This document shows, one piece after another, positions 1 to 10,491 of a stretch of 64,000 nt of DNA. The stretch's first letter is position 1; each line of letters starts with the position of its first letter. The notes beneath the pieces are model-generated. The model ran no database searches and had not been told where the DNA came from. It saw nothing but the letters and a program-made list of their open reading frames with translations. The stretch covers positions 128,001-192,000 of the forward strand of contig CAVWEH010000005.1 in assembly GCA_963753975.1 (NCBI GenBank), in the 5' to 3' direction. The position numbers were made by a program, and so were the translations under genes. Origin of the DNA: an uncultured delta proteobacterium. Lineage in GTDB: Bacteria; Desulfobacterota; Syntrophia; Syntrophales; Smithellaceae.

Positions 1-240
1 CCCCTATAATTATCATAGTTGCACGGGTTCTCTTTTTAATTATGCGGAAGCGCGTAATATTAATTTGGAAACAGCAAAAATCGGGTAACACACTCACCGC
101 GGGAGATAATTACAAATCAACTTTGCCTAGTCAAGCTATTTTTTATTTGCCGATTAATAAAAATTTAAGATGACGTTTAAACCAAGATAGCAACACGCAT
201 GCCTTATACTTCTTGCCATGCGCCTTTTAGGAAACCTACC

Positions 241-645
241 TTATTTCTTTTCGCAAAGTTCGACTAACACACCAAAAGTAGATCGGGGATGGAGAAAAGC
301 AATTTTTGCCCCACCTGCCCCGCACCGCGGTTTTTCATCAATCAACTGAATCCCTTTAGCCTTTAGTTCAGCCAAAGCACCTTCGAGGTTTTCCACACGA
401 AAGGCAATATGCTGAACGCCTTCTCCCTTTTTTTCTATATATTTTGCTATGGGACCATCCTCAGATGTGGATTTCAAAAGTTCGACTTCCGTATCGCCGA
501 CCGGGAAAAAAGCCGTGGTTACTTTTTGCTCCGCCACAGTTTCGTTTCCGGTGTGAGTAAGACCGAGAAGACCGCTGTAAAGATTTTTCGCCTCGCTGAT
601 ACTTTTTACGGCAATGCCGATATGGTCTATTTTCAGAACTTTCAT
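241..645 (-). CDS. mce: Methylmalonyl-CoA epimerase
   Basis: VOC motifs IDHIGIAV, GEGVQHIAFRV and GVLVELCE; ATG at 645 with AAGGAG RBS; lies downstream of the mutase genes. Confidence 0.92.
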   Translation of the reverse strand: MKVLKIDHIGIAVKSISEAKNLYSGLLGLTHTGNETVAEQKVTTAFFPVGDTEVELLKSTSEDGPIAKYIEKKGEGVQHIAFRVENLEGALAELKAKGIQLIDEKPRCGAGGAKIAFLHPRSTFGVLVELCEKK

Positions 646-667
646 GTTTTCTCCTTGAAGATTCTTT

Positions 668-1075
668 CTAATCGCGCTGACGCGCGTGCAGCTGGATGAA
701 ATTAACGATTTTCTCCGTGGATGTTCCAGGTCCAAAAATTTCCGCAATGCCCGATTTCTTTAATTCGACGACATCTTCAGCCGGAATGATACCTCCTCCT
801 ACCACCAGAACATCACTCAATCCTTTTTCACGAAGCAGTTCCATCACCCGGGGGAAAAAATAATTGTGTACACCGGATAAGCTGCTCAGCCCCACCACAT
901 CGGCATCTTCCTGCAGAGCGGTCGCAACAATCATTTCGGGAGTCTGCCTTAAGCCCGTATAAATCACTTCCATGCCTGCTTCCATAAATATTCTTGCCAG
1001 GAGCTTTGCTCCGCGGTCATGCCCATCCAGACCGGGTTTGGCCAGAACTATCCTGATCTTTCTTTTACTCCCCAT
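668..1075 (-). CDS. mcmB: Methylmalonyl-CoA mutase small, cobalamin-binding subunit
   Basis: [10 protein letters not shown] (DxHxxG) B12-binding motif, plus GLSSLSG and [16 protein letters not shown]. Confidence 0.92.
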   Translation of the reverse strand: MGSKRKIRIVLAKPGLDGHDRGAKLLARIFMEAGMEVIYTGLRQTPEMIVATALQEDADVVGLSSLSGVHNYFFPRVMELLREKGLSDVLVVGGGIIPAEDVVELKKSGIAEIFGPGTSTEKIVNFIQLHARQRD

Positions 1076-1116
1076 CAAATAATCCTCCGACAATGGTCTT
1101 TTCGCAATCAAATTAT

Positions 1117-1260
1117 AGGCTGTCCAATACCCTGAAGGGCACGTACCGAAAGTCCGAATGCATGGCCTCCGAGAGCCTGAGAAGCAAAGGCGTATTTTTG
1201 GTCATACGCCGTAGCGACGAAAGTTGAGGGAACGCCGTAGACGGGCGTCCGCAGCAGCCT
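1117..1260. repeat. MITE/REP-like intergenic element with short terminal inverted repeats
   Basis: Ends are AGGCTG...CAGCCT; internal palindromes GGCGTAT..ATACGCC and ACGCC..GGCGT; lies between two otherwise operonic mutase genes. Confidence 0.5.
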
Positions 1261-1263
1261 GTT

Positions 1264-2943
1264 TTAAAAGAATTGCTTGGGCTTATATTCGCCGTAAATC
1301 TCGCGCCACACATTGCATATTTCGCCGATGGTCGCATCGGCCTTTACCGCTTCGATGACGGCGGGCATCACGTTTTCATTACTTAGAGAAATTTTTCGCA
1401 GATGTTCCAACGCCTTTTCCCATTTGGTTTTGTCCCGTTTAGCGCGCATTTCCCGAAGTTTTTTTACTTCGATCTCGCCCACTTTCATATCCACTTTCAG
1501 CAGATTCGTGCAAGCCGCCTCTTCCATTGTATATTTGTTGATGCCGACATAAATGCGCTCGTGGCTTTCGATCTCTTTCTGAAAACGATAGGCGCTTTGT
1601 TGAATTTCCTTCTGGATAAAAGCCTGTTCGATGGCTGTTAGCGTTCCGCCCATATCATCTATTTTCTTAATATAATCTTCCGTCTCGGTTTCGATCTTAT
1701 CGGTCATCGCTTCCACCATATAGGAACCGGCCAAAGGGTCTATCGTATCGGCGGCGCCGCTTTCTTCGGCGACTATCTGCTGGGTGCGCAGCGCAACCGT
1801 TACCGCCTGCTCCGTGGGCAGGCACAGTGCCTCGTCATAGGAATTCGTGTGCAACGATTGACAACCGCCCAACGCCGCGGCGTAAGCTTGCAGGGCAACC
1901 CGGACGACGTTATTCAACGGCTGCTGCGCGGTAAGCGTAACACCTCCGGTTTGGACATGAAAACGCAGCATCATGGAACGCGGGTCTTTGGCGCCAAAGC
2001 GCTTCTTCATTATTTTAGCCCAGCAGCGGCGCGCCGCCCGGAACTTGGCCGTTTCCTCGAGTACATTCGTAAAAGCGTTGAAAAAGAAACTGAGGCGGGG
2101 AGCAAAAGTATCAACGTCAAGGCCGCGGTCAATGCAGGCCTGAACATAAGCAATACCATCCGCAATTGTGAATGCTACTTCCTGCGCTGCGGTGGAACCG
2201 GCTTCCCGGATATGATACCCGCTGATACTGATGGAGTTCCAGCGGGGAACATTCCGGAAACAATACTCGATCAAATCCACCGTCAGCTTCATGCTCGGCT
2301 GGGGGGGATAGATATATTGGCCGCGGACCGTAATTTCCTTGAGAATATCGTTTTGCACCGTACCGCCGAGCTTATCGTAGGAAACTCCTTGCTCATCGGC
2401 GCAAGCCAGATACATGGCCAAAAGCACGGTGGCCGGCGCATTGATGGTCATGGACGTCGTAACTTTATCCAGGGGAATCTTATTGAAGAGCAAGCGCATG
2501 TCTCCGATATAATCTATGGCCACACCTACCTTGCCCACTTCGCCCATGGAAAGAGGATGATCGCTATCATAACCCGCCTGAGTAGGAAGATCGAAGGCGA
2601 CGCTGAGACCCGTCTGACCCTGCTGGAGGAGATAGCGGTAGCGCTCGTTGCTCTCTTTGGCGCTGCCGAATCCGGCGTATTGGCGCATTGTCCAGAAACG
2701 CCCGCGGTACATGGTGGGCTGGACGCCGCGGGTAAAGGGATACTGTCCCGGATAACCGATATCTTCGTTATAGTCGAGGCCGGCGACCTCCAGCGGTGCG
2801 TAGAGCCTCTCTATCGGCGTGCCGGAAATACTGGTGAAAACCTTTTTACGCTCCTTCTCACGGGTCAGAGATTTTTGCAGTATTTCTTTTCCCCATTTAT
2901 CCTTGGCAGTTTTTGTCTTCTTCAGTTCATCTTTGTCCAACAT
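1264..2943 (-). CDS. mcmA: Methylmalonyl-CoA mutase large (N-terminal catalytic) subunit
   Basis: WTMRQYAGF, GLSVAFDLPTQ, QNDILKE..R, SISGYHIREAG and QSLHTNSYDEA; the Tyr and Arg specificity residues fit methylmalonyl-CoA rather than isobutyryl-CoA. Confidence 0.92.
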   Translation of the reverse strand: MLDKDELKKTKTAKDKWGKEILQKSLTREKERKKVFTSISGTPIERLYAPLEVAGLDYNEDIGYPGQYPFTRGVQPTMYRGRFWTMRQYAGFGSAKESNERYRYLLQQGQTGLSVAFDLPTQAGYDSDHPLSMGEVGKVGVAIDYIGDMRLLFNKIPLDKVTTSMTINAPATVLLAMYLACADEQGVSYDKLGGTVQNDILKEITVRGQYIYPPQPSMKLTVDLIEYCFRNVPRWNSISISGYHIREAGSTAAQEVAFTIADGIAYVQACIDRGLDVDTFAPRLSFFFNAFTNVLEETAKFRAARRCWAKIMKKRFGAKDPRSMMLRFHVQTGGVTLTAQQPLNNVVRVALQAYAAALGGCQSLHTNSYDEALCLPTEQAVTVALRTQQIVAEESGAADTIDPLAGSYMVEAMTDKIETETEDYIKKIDDMGGTLTAIEQAFIQKEIQQSAYRFQKEIESHERIYVGINKYTMEEAACTNLLKVDMKVGEIEVKKLREMRAKRDKTKWEKALEHLRKISLSNENVMPAVIEAVKADATIGEICNVWREIYGEYKPKQFF

Positions 2944-2984
2944 TTTTGCCGCTCCATTTTTACTTTTACAAAATTGTCGATATT

Positions 2985-5132
2985 TTATTTTTTAATAATC
3001 AAAGCATCCGCAACTTTCGCACCATCCGCAAAAAGCACCAGAGGATTGATGTCGAGTTCTTTTATTGTATCTTTATGGTCGGTAACCAAGAGGGAAACTC
3101 TTAAAATCACATCTACCAGCGCATCCATATTTATAGGCGGCTTGCCCCTTATTCCCGTGAGTACGCTGTATCCTTTAATTTCTCTTACCATCTCTTGCGC
3201 ATCGCTGCGACTAAGCGGTGTTATCCGAAAGGAGACATCCTTGAGCGCCTCCACAAAAATGCCGCCCAGCCCGAACATGATTACGTGACCAAATACCGGA
3301 TCCTTAGTCGTGCCGATAATTACCTCAACTCCATCCTTTAACATTTCTTGAACCAAAACGCCCTGTATTTTAGCGTCCGGCATATATTTTTTAGCGTTGG
3401 ATATAACTTCGTTAAAACCCGCGCGAACCTCCGCGTCACTTAACACATTTAGCTTGATACCTCCGGCCTCCGTCTTATGGGTAATCTGCGCGGACGAAAT
3501 CTTTAAGGCCACCGGGTAACCGATCTTGCGGGCTGACTCTACCGCCATATCAGCGGATGTGGCCAGCACTTCACTGGTTACGGGTATCCCATAGCCGGCT
3601 AAAACTTTTTTGGCCTCGTATTCCGATAAGGCATCCGGATTGTTTATCATCAGCTGGGCCTCTGTACCCGATTTTATTGCCTCACTATCTGTTTTGATAT
3701 CCGCAGTTCTTCTTAGCTTAGCGGCATACCAGGCCAGATCACTCATTGCCTGAATTGAGTGTAAGTGATCCTTCAGCACCGGCATACCGGCATCTTCAAT
3801 CGATTTAATCGCCTTGGCGATCACTTCCGATGCGGAAATATTGTAAGTTGTGAGTACGATAGGCTTGGTTGTTGATTGATAAATTTCGATCAGATCTTTG
3901 GCCAAAATGGGCGCGCTATGCGGCATGAAACCCATAGCCACCGTTATCATATGGATATTATCATCCGCCACCAGGGCTCTCAGGCAACGGCCCAGCATTT
4001 CCGGTTCAGCTACAGCCGCCGAAGTCAGATCTACCGGATTTTTGGCGGAACCAAAAGGAGGCAGAGACATTTCCAGTATGCGGCGCGTTTCGCCCGTAAA
4101 TTCCGGCACATTGAGCCCCAACGATTCGCATTTATCCGCCATCAAAACACCCGCTCCGCCGGAAATGGAAAGAATGCCGATATTATTACCTTCCGGCATG
4201 CGGCCGCCGCGGTGAACGATAACGAAAGATGTCAGTTCGCTCAAAGTTTCTATGCGGATGATTCCCATTTGACGGAAAAACGCATCATAAATTTTATCGT
4301 TTCCGGCCAGAGCGCCGGTATGGGATGATGCCGCTCTAGCGCCGGATTGCGTCCGGCCTACTTTCATTATCAAAAGCGGCTTTTTCAGCTTCAGAGCGTT
4401 TTGGGCTGCCTTGCGGAATTTAGCACCGTTTTTCGCGCCTTCCAGGTATCCGCCGATAACCGTAGTTTCGGGAGTTGTCAAAAGATAAGAAAGGAAATCG
4501 GAAAATTCCGTATCGGCCTCATTTCCGACGCTGACAAAGGAGCTGAAACCGACGCCCGCCTGAACCGCCTGGGCGAAGATCAAAGTCCCGAAAGCACCGC
4601 TTTGCGTCACAAATCCCAAAGACATCGGATAGACCGGTTTTAAATCGACGATATTGGCAAACGATGCCATTACCGAATTGCTTAAATTCACCAGCCCGAC
4701 GCAATTAGGACCCAATATCCGCAAATTATTTTTTTTAGAAAGTTGCGTTATTTGCTCCTGCAGGGCTTTGCCTTCCGGACCAACTTCGGAAAATCCTGAA
4801 GTGAAGAGCACCACAGCCTTGATTTTTTTTGCGACACACTGCTCGAGCGCCGCCAGCACCGCTTGTGCGGGAACACTGATGATAACCATCTCCACATCGC
4901 CGGGTATCTCCAATAATGAAGGATAGCATTTAACTCCGTGGATTTCCGTGTAATTAGGATTGATCGGATATAAGTTGCCCGCGTAACGCCATTTCAATAA
5001 GGCGTTCAAAGATCTGCCGCTGGGTTTGCGAATATCTTTGGATACTCCGATGAGGGCGATAGAACGAGGATTAAAAAAATATTCCATGGCCGCTATGTCG
5101 ACATATCCATCTGGTCGCAGATCCATTTCCAT
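2985..5132 (-). CDS. Acetate/acyl-CoA ligase (ADP-forming), fused alpha-beta
   Basis: CoA-binding N-terminus FFNPRSIALIG, GPNCVG, ASSHTGALAG phospho-His, and C-terminal ATP-grasp HKTEAGG...ELDINP. Confidence 0.88.
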   Translation of the reverse strand: MEMDLRPDGYVDIAAMEYFFNPRSIALIGVSKDIRKPSGRSLNALLKWRYAGNLYPINPNYTEIHGVKCYPSLLEIPGDVEMVIISVPAQAVLAALEQCVAKKIKAVVLFTSGFSEVGPEGKALQEQITQLSKKNNLRILGPNCVGLVNLSNSVMASFANIVDLKPVYPMSLGFVTQSGAFGTLIFAQAVQAGVGFSSFVSVGNEADTEFSDFLSYLLTTPETTVIGGYLEGAKNGAKFRKAAQNALKLKKPLLIMKVGRTQSGARAASSHTGALAGNDKIYDAFFRQMGIIRIETLSELTSFVIVHRGGRMPEGNNIGILSISGGAGVLMADKCESLGLNVPEFTGETRRILEMSLPPFGSAKNPVDLTSAAVAEPEMLGRCLRALVADDNIHMITVAMGFMPHSAPILAKDLIEIYQSTTKPIVLTTYNISASEVIAKAIKSIEDAGMPVLKDHLHSIQAMSDLAWYAAKLRRTADIKTDSEAIKSGTEAQLMINNPDALSEYEAKKVLAGYGIPVTSEVLATSADMAVESARKIGYPVALKISSAQITHKTEAGGIKLNVLSDAEVRAGFNEVISNAKKYMPDAKIQGVLVQEMLKDGVEVIIGTTKDPVFGHVIMFGLGGIFVEALKDVSFRITPLSRSDAQEMVREIKGYSVLTGIRGKPPINMDALVDVILRVSLLVTDHKDTIKELDINPLVLFADGAKVADALIIKK

Positions 5133-5501
5133 TATCCTTTGCTCGTAGTGGCCGAAATTTGACCGAATTTCGATAAAAATACAACTAAAAATTAATCAAC
5201 CATTTATTTGTTGCGATCTTGGCAATATGAGACCTGGCAAGATAAGGTCGTATATACGCCCAGAGAAGGCAAGTCAAGGAGCTCGTCGATCTATTCGCCG
5301 GTATAACTTAATGCATTTTTCGGTGAACCGGATTATTTTAAGAAAGTTTACACAGATATTATACAGATATTATATAGACAACATAAATATTTATATCTTT
5401 ATAACGGCAGCTCGGCCGCTCATGTTTCAAGCAAGGTTATAATACGAATAAGCCATTATGAGCACTGGGGCAACCGTCTTTCAAAACGCGGTAACAATCA
5501 T

Positions 5502-6245
5502 TTATTTCAGTGCCCGATAGATTCCGGCGGCTCCGAAAAAAAGCGGTTGGTAATAAACCTGCCGGAAACCGGAGGCCAGTAGCCGCTTTCTCAATCTTTC
5601 CGGCGTGTAAAAGTTTATAGCTGATTCTGTAAGATACTTATAAGCCTTTCTATCGCCGGAAATTAACATACCCGCCCAATACACATAAGTGCGCAAATAA
5701 AGATGGTGAAGCCGGCGGATGAGCTTGTTTTGCGGCTGGCTGGATTCGGCAATAAGGCAGCTGCCGCCCGGTTTGAGCACCCTTACTATCTCGGCAATAT
5801 GCCTCTCCGCCAACGGATTTTTGTATATGAGGTTGCGAAAAGCGAAAGAAATGCCGATACAGTCGAAATAGGCATCGGGAAAGGGCAGCTGCGCCGCTTC
5901 GCCGTAAATGAAGGATATTTTTTTATCCGCCGCCGCTGCCTGCACCTTTTGGGCAGCTATTTCCAACATCGGGCGGCTGAAATCATAGCCCGTAACATGC
6001 AGATTCCCCCTGGCACGGTGGGCAATATTGATCGCCAGATCGCCGGTGCCGCAACCAATGTCCAATACCTTTTCTGGATTTAGCTTTAGGCATTCTGTAA
6101 CCAGTTTACCCCGCCAGCGCCTATCCATGCCCCAGGTAAAAACATGGTTAATCAGATCATAACTTCCGGTTATCCCGCTGAACATAGGAGATAGCAACTT
6201 GCGCCGAAACTCGTTTTGACTATTGTCGGCCAAAAAATCCTCCAC
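5502..6245 (-). CDS. menG: UbiE/MenG family demethylmenaquinone methyltransferase
   Basis: YDLINH..TWGMDRRWR, SAM motif VLDIGCGTGD, RVLKPGG; adjacent to menA. Confidence 0.85.
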   Translation of the reverse strand: MEDFLADNSQNEFRRKLLSPMFSGITGSYDLINHVFTWGMDRRWRGKLVTECLKLNPEKVLDIGCGTGDLAINIAHRARGNLHVTGYDFSRPMLEIAAQKVQAAAADKKISFIYGEAAQLPFPDAYFDCIGISFAFRNLIYKNPLAERHIAEIVRVLKPGGSCLIAESSQPQNKLIRRLHHLYLRTYVYWAGMLISGDRKAYKYLTESAINFYTPERLRKRLLASGFRQVYYQPLFFGAAGIYRALK

Positions 6246-6246
6246 T

Positions 6247-7137
6247 TTATATAATTACCGCCAGAATGTAACCAACACCCAGCAGTAATTGGGTCGCCAG
6301 CACGACCAGCACATTGTTACTCATGGCCGGAATCAGGCTGGTCATATCATCCGGTTTTAGGGAACCGCGAATCGCTTTGACGGCAAAGGGCAGAGTAGAG
6401 AGGCCGATCAATGTCCAGACCGGTGTTATCCGGGCTATAACGCTTCCGATAATCCAGAGATAGACTAATATGGTAAACGCCGCAAAAACTTTGGCCGCCC
6501 TCGGCTTCCCCATGGTAATGGGCAGGGTCTTCCGTCCGGCTGTTTGATCTGCACCCACATCGGGAAACTCGTTAAGTAAAAGAAGATTGTGCACTAAAAT
6601 AAAGGAAGGTACGGCAGCAAAAAATGCCGGTAAAGAATAAGAGCCGGTTTGCGCGAAATATGTCCCTAATACGGGCAACATTCCTAATCCAAAACCGGCC
6701 GACCACTCCGGCCATCTGTGCTTCAATATTACCGGCGAATAGAAAACCACACACAGTGCAGCAACGATAAGCAGTGGCAATAACAACCAACCCTGAAAGA
6801 ACACAAAATATAACCCGATGGGTGTTGCCAGCAGCAGGGCTATTATTCCCATCCATAAAACCTGCTTTGGTTTTAAAAGCCCGGCCCGCAAAATGCCGCT
6901 TCCGCCGCTGAAAGGAGTTATTTGAGTCCTGAGATCTATGCCACTCTTATAATCAAAATAATCGTTGAGTGTGTTGACGCTGATGTGAGTCAGCACTAAG
7001 CCGAAGCCTGCCAAAAACGCATAACCTAAATGCAAAACATCATTATAAAACCAGGCTATACATACCCCTAAAAAAGCCAGTATCACCGACAGCAGAAGGT
7101 ATTGCGGCCGGGTCTCCAGAAACCAAACTTTCAGCAT
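6247..7137 (-). CDS. menA: 1,4-dihydroxy-2-naphthoate prenyltransferase (UbiA family)
   Basis: NTLNDYFDYKSGID and NEFPDVGADQTAGRKTL motifs; multiple TM helices. Confidence 0.85.
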   Translation of the reverse strand: MLKVWFLETRPQYLLLSVILAFLGVCIAWFYNDVLHLGYAFLAGFGLVLTHISVNTLNDYFDYKSGIDLRTQITPFSGGSGILRAGLLKPKQVLWMGIIALLLATPIGLYFVFFQGWLLLPLLIVAALCVVFYSPVILKHRWPEWSAGFGLGMLPVLGTYFAQTGSYSLPAFFAAVPSFILVHNLLLLNEFPDVGADQTAGRKTLPITMGKPRAAKVFAAFTILVYLWIIGSVIARITPVWTLIGLSTLPFAVKAIRGSLKPDDMTSLIPAMSNNVLVVLATQLLLGVGYILAVII

Positions 7138-7492
7138 ACTATCACATCTTCCTCTGCGGAGTAGATTATTGAGAACTTCATCATTTAATCAGGTCATGCG
7201 ACGGGAGGCGAAACATATGGCAGTTCCATTGGCGTGTCAATTATTATTATCACGGGCATAAAATCTTCCATGGTTTGTTGTTGATTTTATACACGCCTTC
7301 ACGGATTATTTATATTGCCCCGCTAAGCATTACCGACGCCAGGAATTATGTATCATCGAACTTAGCTGATCGCATGTCAATATTCATTGTTTCACTTTTC
7401 CTGTGATAACAATAAATTTAATGATGAATACCGAAGCTATTTTTTAAGCGCAGCCGGAATTTATTTTTTCGTTCCTATTCTTTTGCCGGTGT

Positions 7493-8257
7493 CTATAAAA
7501 GGTGATGCCCGCCGTCCAGCAACAGTGTTTCACCGGTTACGAGAACGGCTTCTTCGATGAAGTAACGGACCGTAGCCGCAATCATCTCCGGGGTTGCCGT
7601 CATCTTCAGAGGAATCGTACTCTCCAGGCGATTTTTTGTTTTTTTATACCTTTCCTGTCCCATTCCCGCCTGCAGCCATTCACCCTGAATGAAGCCGGGG
7701 CATATAGCGTTGATTCGAATCTCCGGACCCAAAACACGCGCCAACGCGATCGTCATATTAATCAACGCCGCCTTGGACGCACAATAAGCGACAGAACTGC
7801 CGATTGCTTTTACACCGGCAAGAGAGGCTATATTGACGATGGCTCCGTTGCCTGCGCTTTCATCTGCGGTAGCCACGGCTCTGATCATCTGGTAAGGGCC
7901 GACCAGATTGACACTGTATATATGCAGAAAATCCTCTTTGGAAAGACCTTCCAGATTACCGTGAGCATTGAATTTTGTCGTCCCGGCATTGTTCACAAGA
8001 ACATCGATGCGTCCCCATTTGTCCATCGTCTCGTGCGCCATGCGCCGGCAATCGCCATCCTCAGCAACGTCAGCCCGGCAAAGCAAAGTCTCGGCGCCCA
8101 AGGAAATACAGGCCGCCTGAACCTCTCGGGCTTCTTTTTCGCTTTGGGAATAATTAACCACTATATTGTAGCCGTTTTTCGCCAAGAGCTTTACTGTCGC
8201 GGCGCCGACACCCCGGGATGAACCGGTAACGATGGCGACGGGTTTGGATTTATTCAT
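7493..8257 (-). CDS. SDR family oxidoreductase
   Basis: TGSSRGVG, NNAG and YCASK motifs; GGAG RBS before MNKSKP. Confidence 0.9.
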   Translation of the reverse strand: MNKSKPVAIVTGSSRGVGAATVKLLAKNGYNIVVNYSQSEKEAREVQAACISLGAETLLCRADVAEDGDCRRMAHETMDKWGRIDVLVNNAGTTKFNAHGNLEGLSKEDFLHIYSVNLVGPYQMIRAVATADESAGNGAIVNIASLAGVKAIGSSVAYCASKAALINMTIALARVLGPEIRINAICPGFIQGEWLQAGMGQERYKKTKNRLESTIPLKMTATPEMIAATVRYFIEEAVLVTGETLLLDGGHHLL

Positions 8258-8523
8258 AGCAGTTCTCCTTTTATGCGAATAAGAATATGTTCGCACTTAT
8301 CACAAAACAAATTCCAGCAAAAGGGGTAACGACAGCAAAGAAAGTTCTTCGTATCCTTTCCTTGATATGCTCCTTTCTTATATCGCTTTCCGCGTCAGTC
8401 TGAATGGAGAAATTATTTAATTTAATTTTCGCTAATTTCAGAGCTATGTTAATAGTTTAATTAAAAGAGCTACCAGCGTGCGGATTTAAATTTTATTACG
8501 GGTATAAATCCTAAAGCAAATTG

Positions 8524-8628
8524 CGGGGTATTATACCCCTGCTTATGCGGGATAATTCGGCTAACAAATTCCGATATACTTTGTTTCGGAATTTGAGTCT
8601 CATTACCCTCCACTGTGCGGGATTAATT
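8524..8628 (-). repeat. Copy of the covarying hairpin repeat family
   Basis: Reverse complement closely matches 43780-43852 (ggagggtaatgagactcaaattccgaa...tcggaatttgttagccgaat). Confidence 0.8.
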
Positions 8629-8751
8629 CCACTTACGCTTTAAACTGCACTCCGTTTGTTTTCAGCGAGTGTCATTAACAAAAAACTTTTTCATTGACTA
8701 CATAATCATATCCTGTTTTATATATACAAAACACTTACCGGGAGTCATAAT

Positions 8752-10472
8752 ATGTACGAAAATAAGCCTTGGTTGAAATTTTACGGAGAAGTCCCACATA
8801 CGCTGGACTATCCGCGTATTTCCATGTACGAGGCAGTCAAGCGCTCCGCGGAGCTGCGGCCTGACGAGCTCGCCTACGACTTTCTCGGTTCCACATCCAC
8901 TTACCGCAGGTTTATGGAAGAAATCGATCACTGCGCCGATGCACTTTACTGCTATCGGCCTTGAGAAAAGGCGACAGAATCACCATCTCTATGCCGACAT
9001 CCCCGCAGGGTGTCATTTGTTTTTATGCCGCCAATAAACTGGGCGCGGTCTCGAGCATGATTCATCCCCTTTCCACGGCTAAAGAAATCGAATTTTACCT
9101 GAATACCGCGAAGAGCCGCTTTGCTCTGACGCTTGACGCCTTCTATGCTAAATTTAAGGAAGTGAAAGACAAAACACCTCTCACAACGCTGATCCTCGCA
9201 CGCATTCCCGACTACCTGAGTCCTCTTAAACGAATCGGATTTAATCTCACCGTGGGGCGCAAAATCCCGAAAGTCCCTCAAGACCCGATGGTTAAATGGT
9301 GGAGCGATTTAATGCGCGGCAAATATCCGCCCGCGCCCAAAGCTAAAGTAGATACCGACGATCTGGCCGTTATCTTATACAGCGGCGGGACGACCGGCGT
9401 ACCGAAAGGGATAATGCTATCCAACATGAATTTTATCTCTGAGGGCACGCAGGTTTCCGAATGGGGAAAGCTCTCCGATGCGGATTCCATTCTGGCCATT
9501 TTACCTATCTTCCATGGCTTCGGACTGGGTGTCTGCGTCAATGCCTGTTTTATGGGCGGCGGCAAAACCATTCTTATCCCGCAATTTACGCCCGAAACCG
9601 TCGCACAAATTATCAGCGCAAAGAAGCCTTCCTTTGTGGTTGGAGTTCCCACGCTGTTTGATGCGTTGAGCCGCAATCCAAAATTCTGCAAGGCCGATCT
9701 CAGTTGCCTGCGCGGCACATTCAGCGGCGCAGATACTTTGCCCCGGACAGTTAAAGAAAGATTTGAGGGAGCAGTGAAAAAGCAGGGCGGAAGCGTCCAG
9801 TTGCTGGAAGGTTACGGACTAACCGAAGCCGTTACGGCCATCATGTCGATGCCGATTAACCAATACAGAGAAGGCAGCATCGGAGTGCCTTTCCCGGATA
9901 TGCTGGCCAAGATTGTAAAGCTCGGCACGACCACGGAAGCTCCCTGCGGCCAGGAAGGTGAAATCTGTGTTTCGGGCCCCGCCGTCATGATGGGTTATCT
10001 CGATCAGCCGGAAGAAACAGCCGATACCCTGCGCAAGCATCCTGACGGAAAAATATGGCTGCATACCGGAGACATCGGCACAATGGATAAAGACGGATTT
10101 TTCTATTTCAAATTGCGGCAGAAACGAATGATCAAATCCTCGGGTATGAATGTTTATCCCGCCCAGGTCGAAGATATTCTTTACCAGCATCCGGATGTGC
10201 AGGATGCTTGTATTATCGGTGTTCCCGACGAGACCCAGGTTCAGGTCGTTAAAGGCATTGTCGTTCTTAAGGATCCTTCCAAAGCTTCTCCGGAGATGGA
10301 AAAGAAATTAATAAATTACTGCCGTGACCAGCTGATTAAATGGAGCTGTCCTCGGGAAATAGAATTCCGGGCTAGCCTGCCGAAAACACTGATTGGGAAA
10401 ATTGCCTTCAATGTCCTGGAGCAGGAAGAAATTGCTAAATTAAAGGCTGCCGGTAAATACGCAGGAAATTAA
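8752..10472 (+). CDS. Long-chain fatty acid--CoA ligase (AMP-binding), frameshifted near 8950-8960
   Basis: ORF 8752-8964 (MYENKPWLKFY) joins ORF 8961-10472 (YSGGTTGVPKG, EGYGLTE, WLHTGD, LPKTLIGK); removing two bases gives DALYAIGLRKGD. Confidence 0.85.
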
Positions 10473-10491
10473 ATAATAAAGGTACTATTAC

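Noticed and set aside
1264..2943. Isobutyryl-CoA mutase assignment
   Set aside because: Specificity positions are Tyr (RQYAG) and Arg (KEITVR), not Phe and Gln
1849..3288. 479-aa plus-strand ORF, and other long antisense ORFs (7502-8221, 11690-12622, 15188-15952, 17735-18418, 47129-47830)
   Set aside because: They are shadows of well-supported genes on the opposite strand and show no protein motifs
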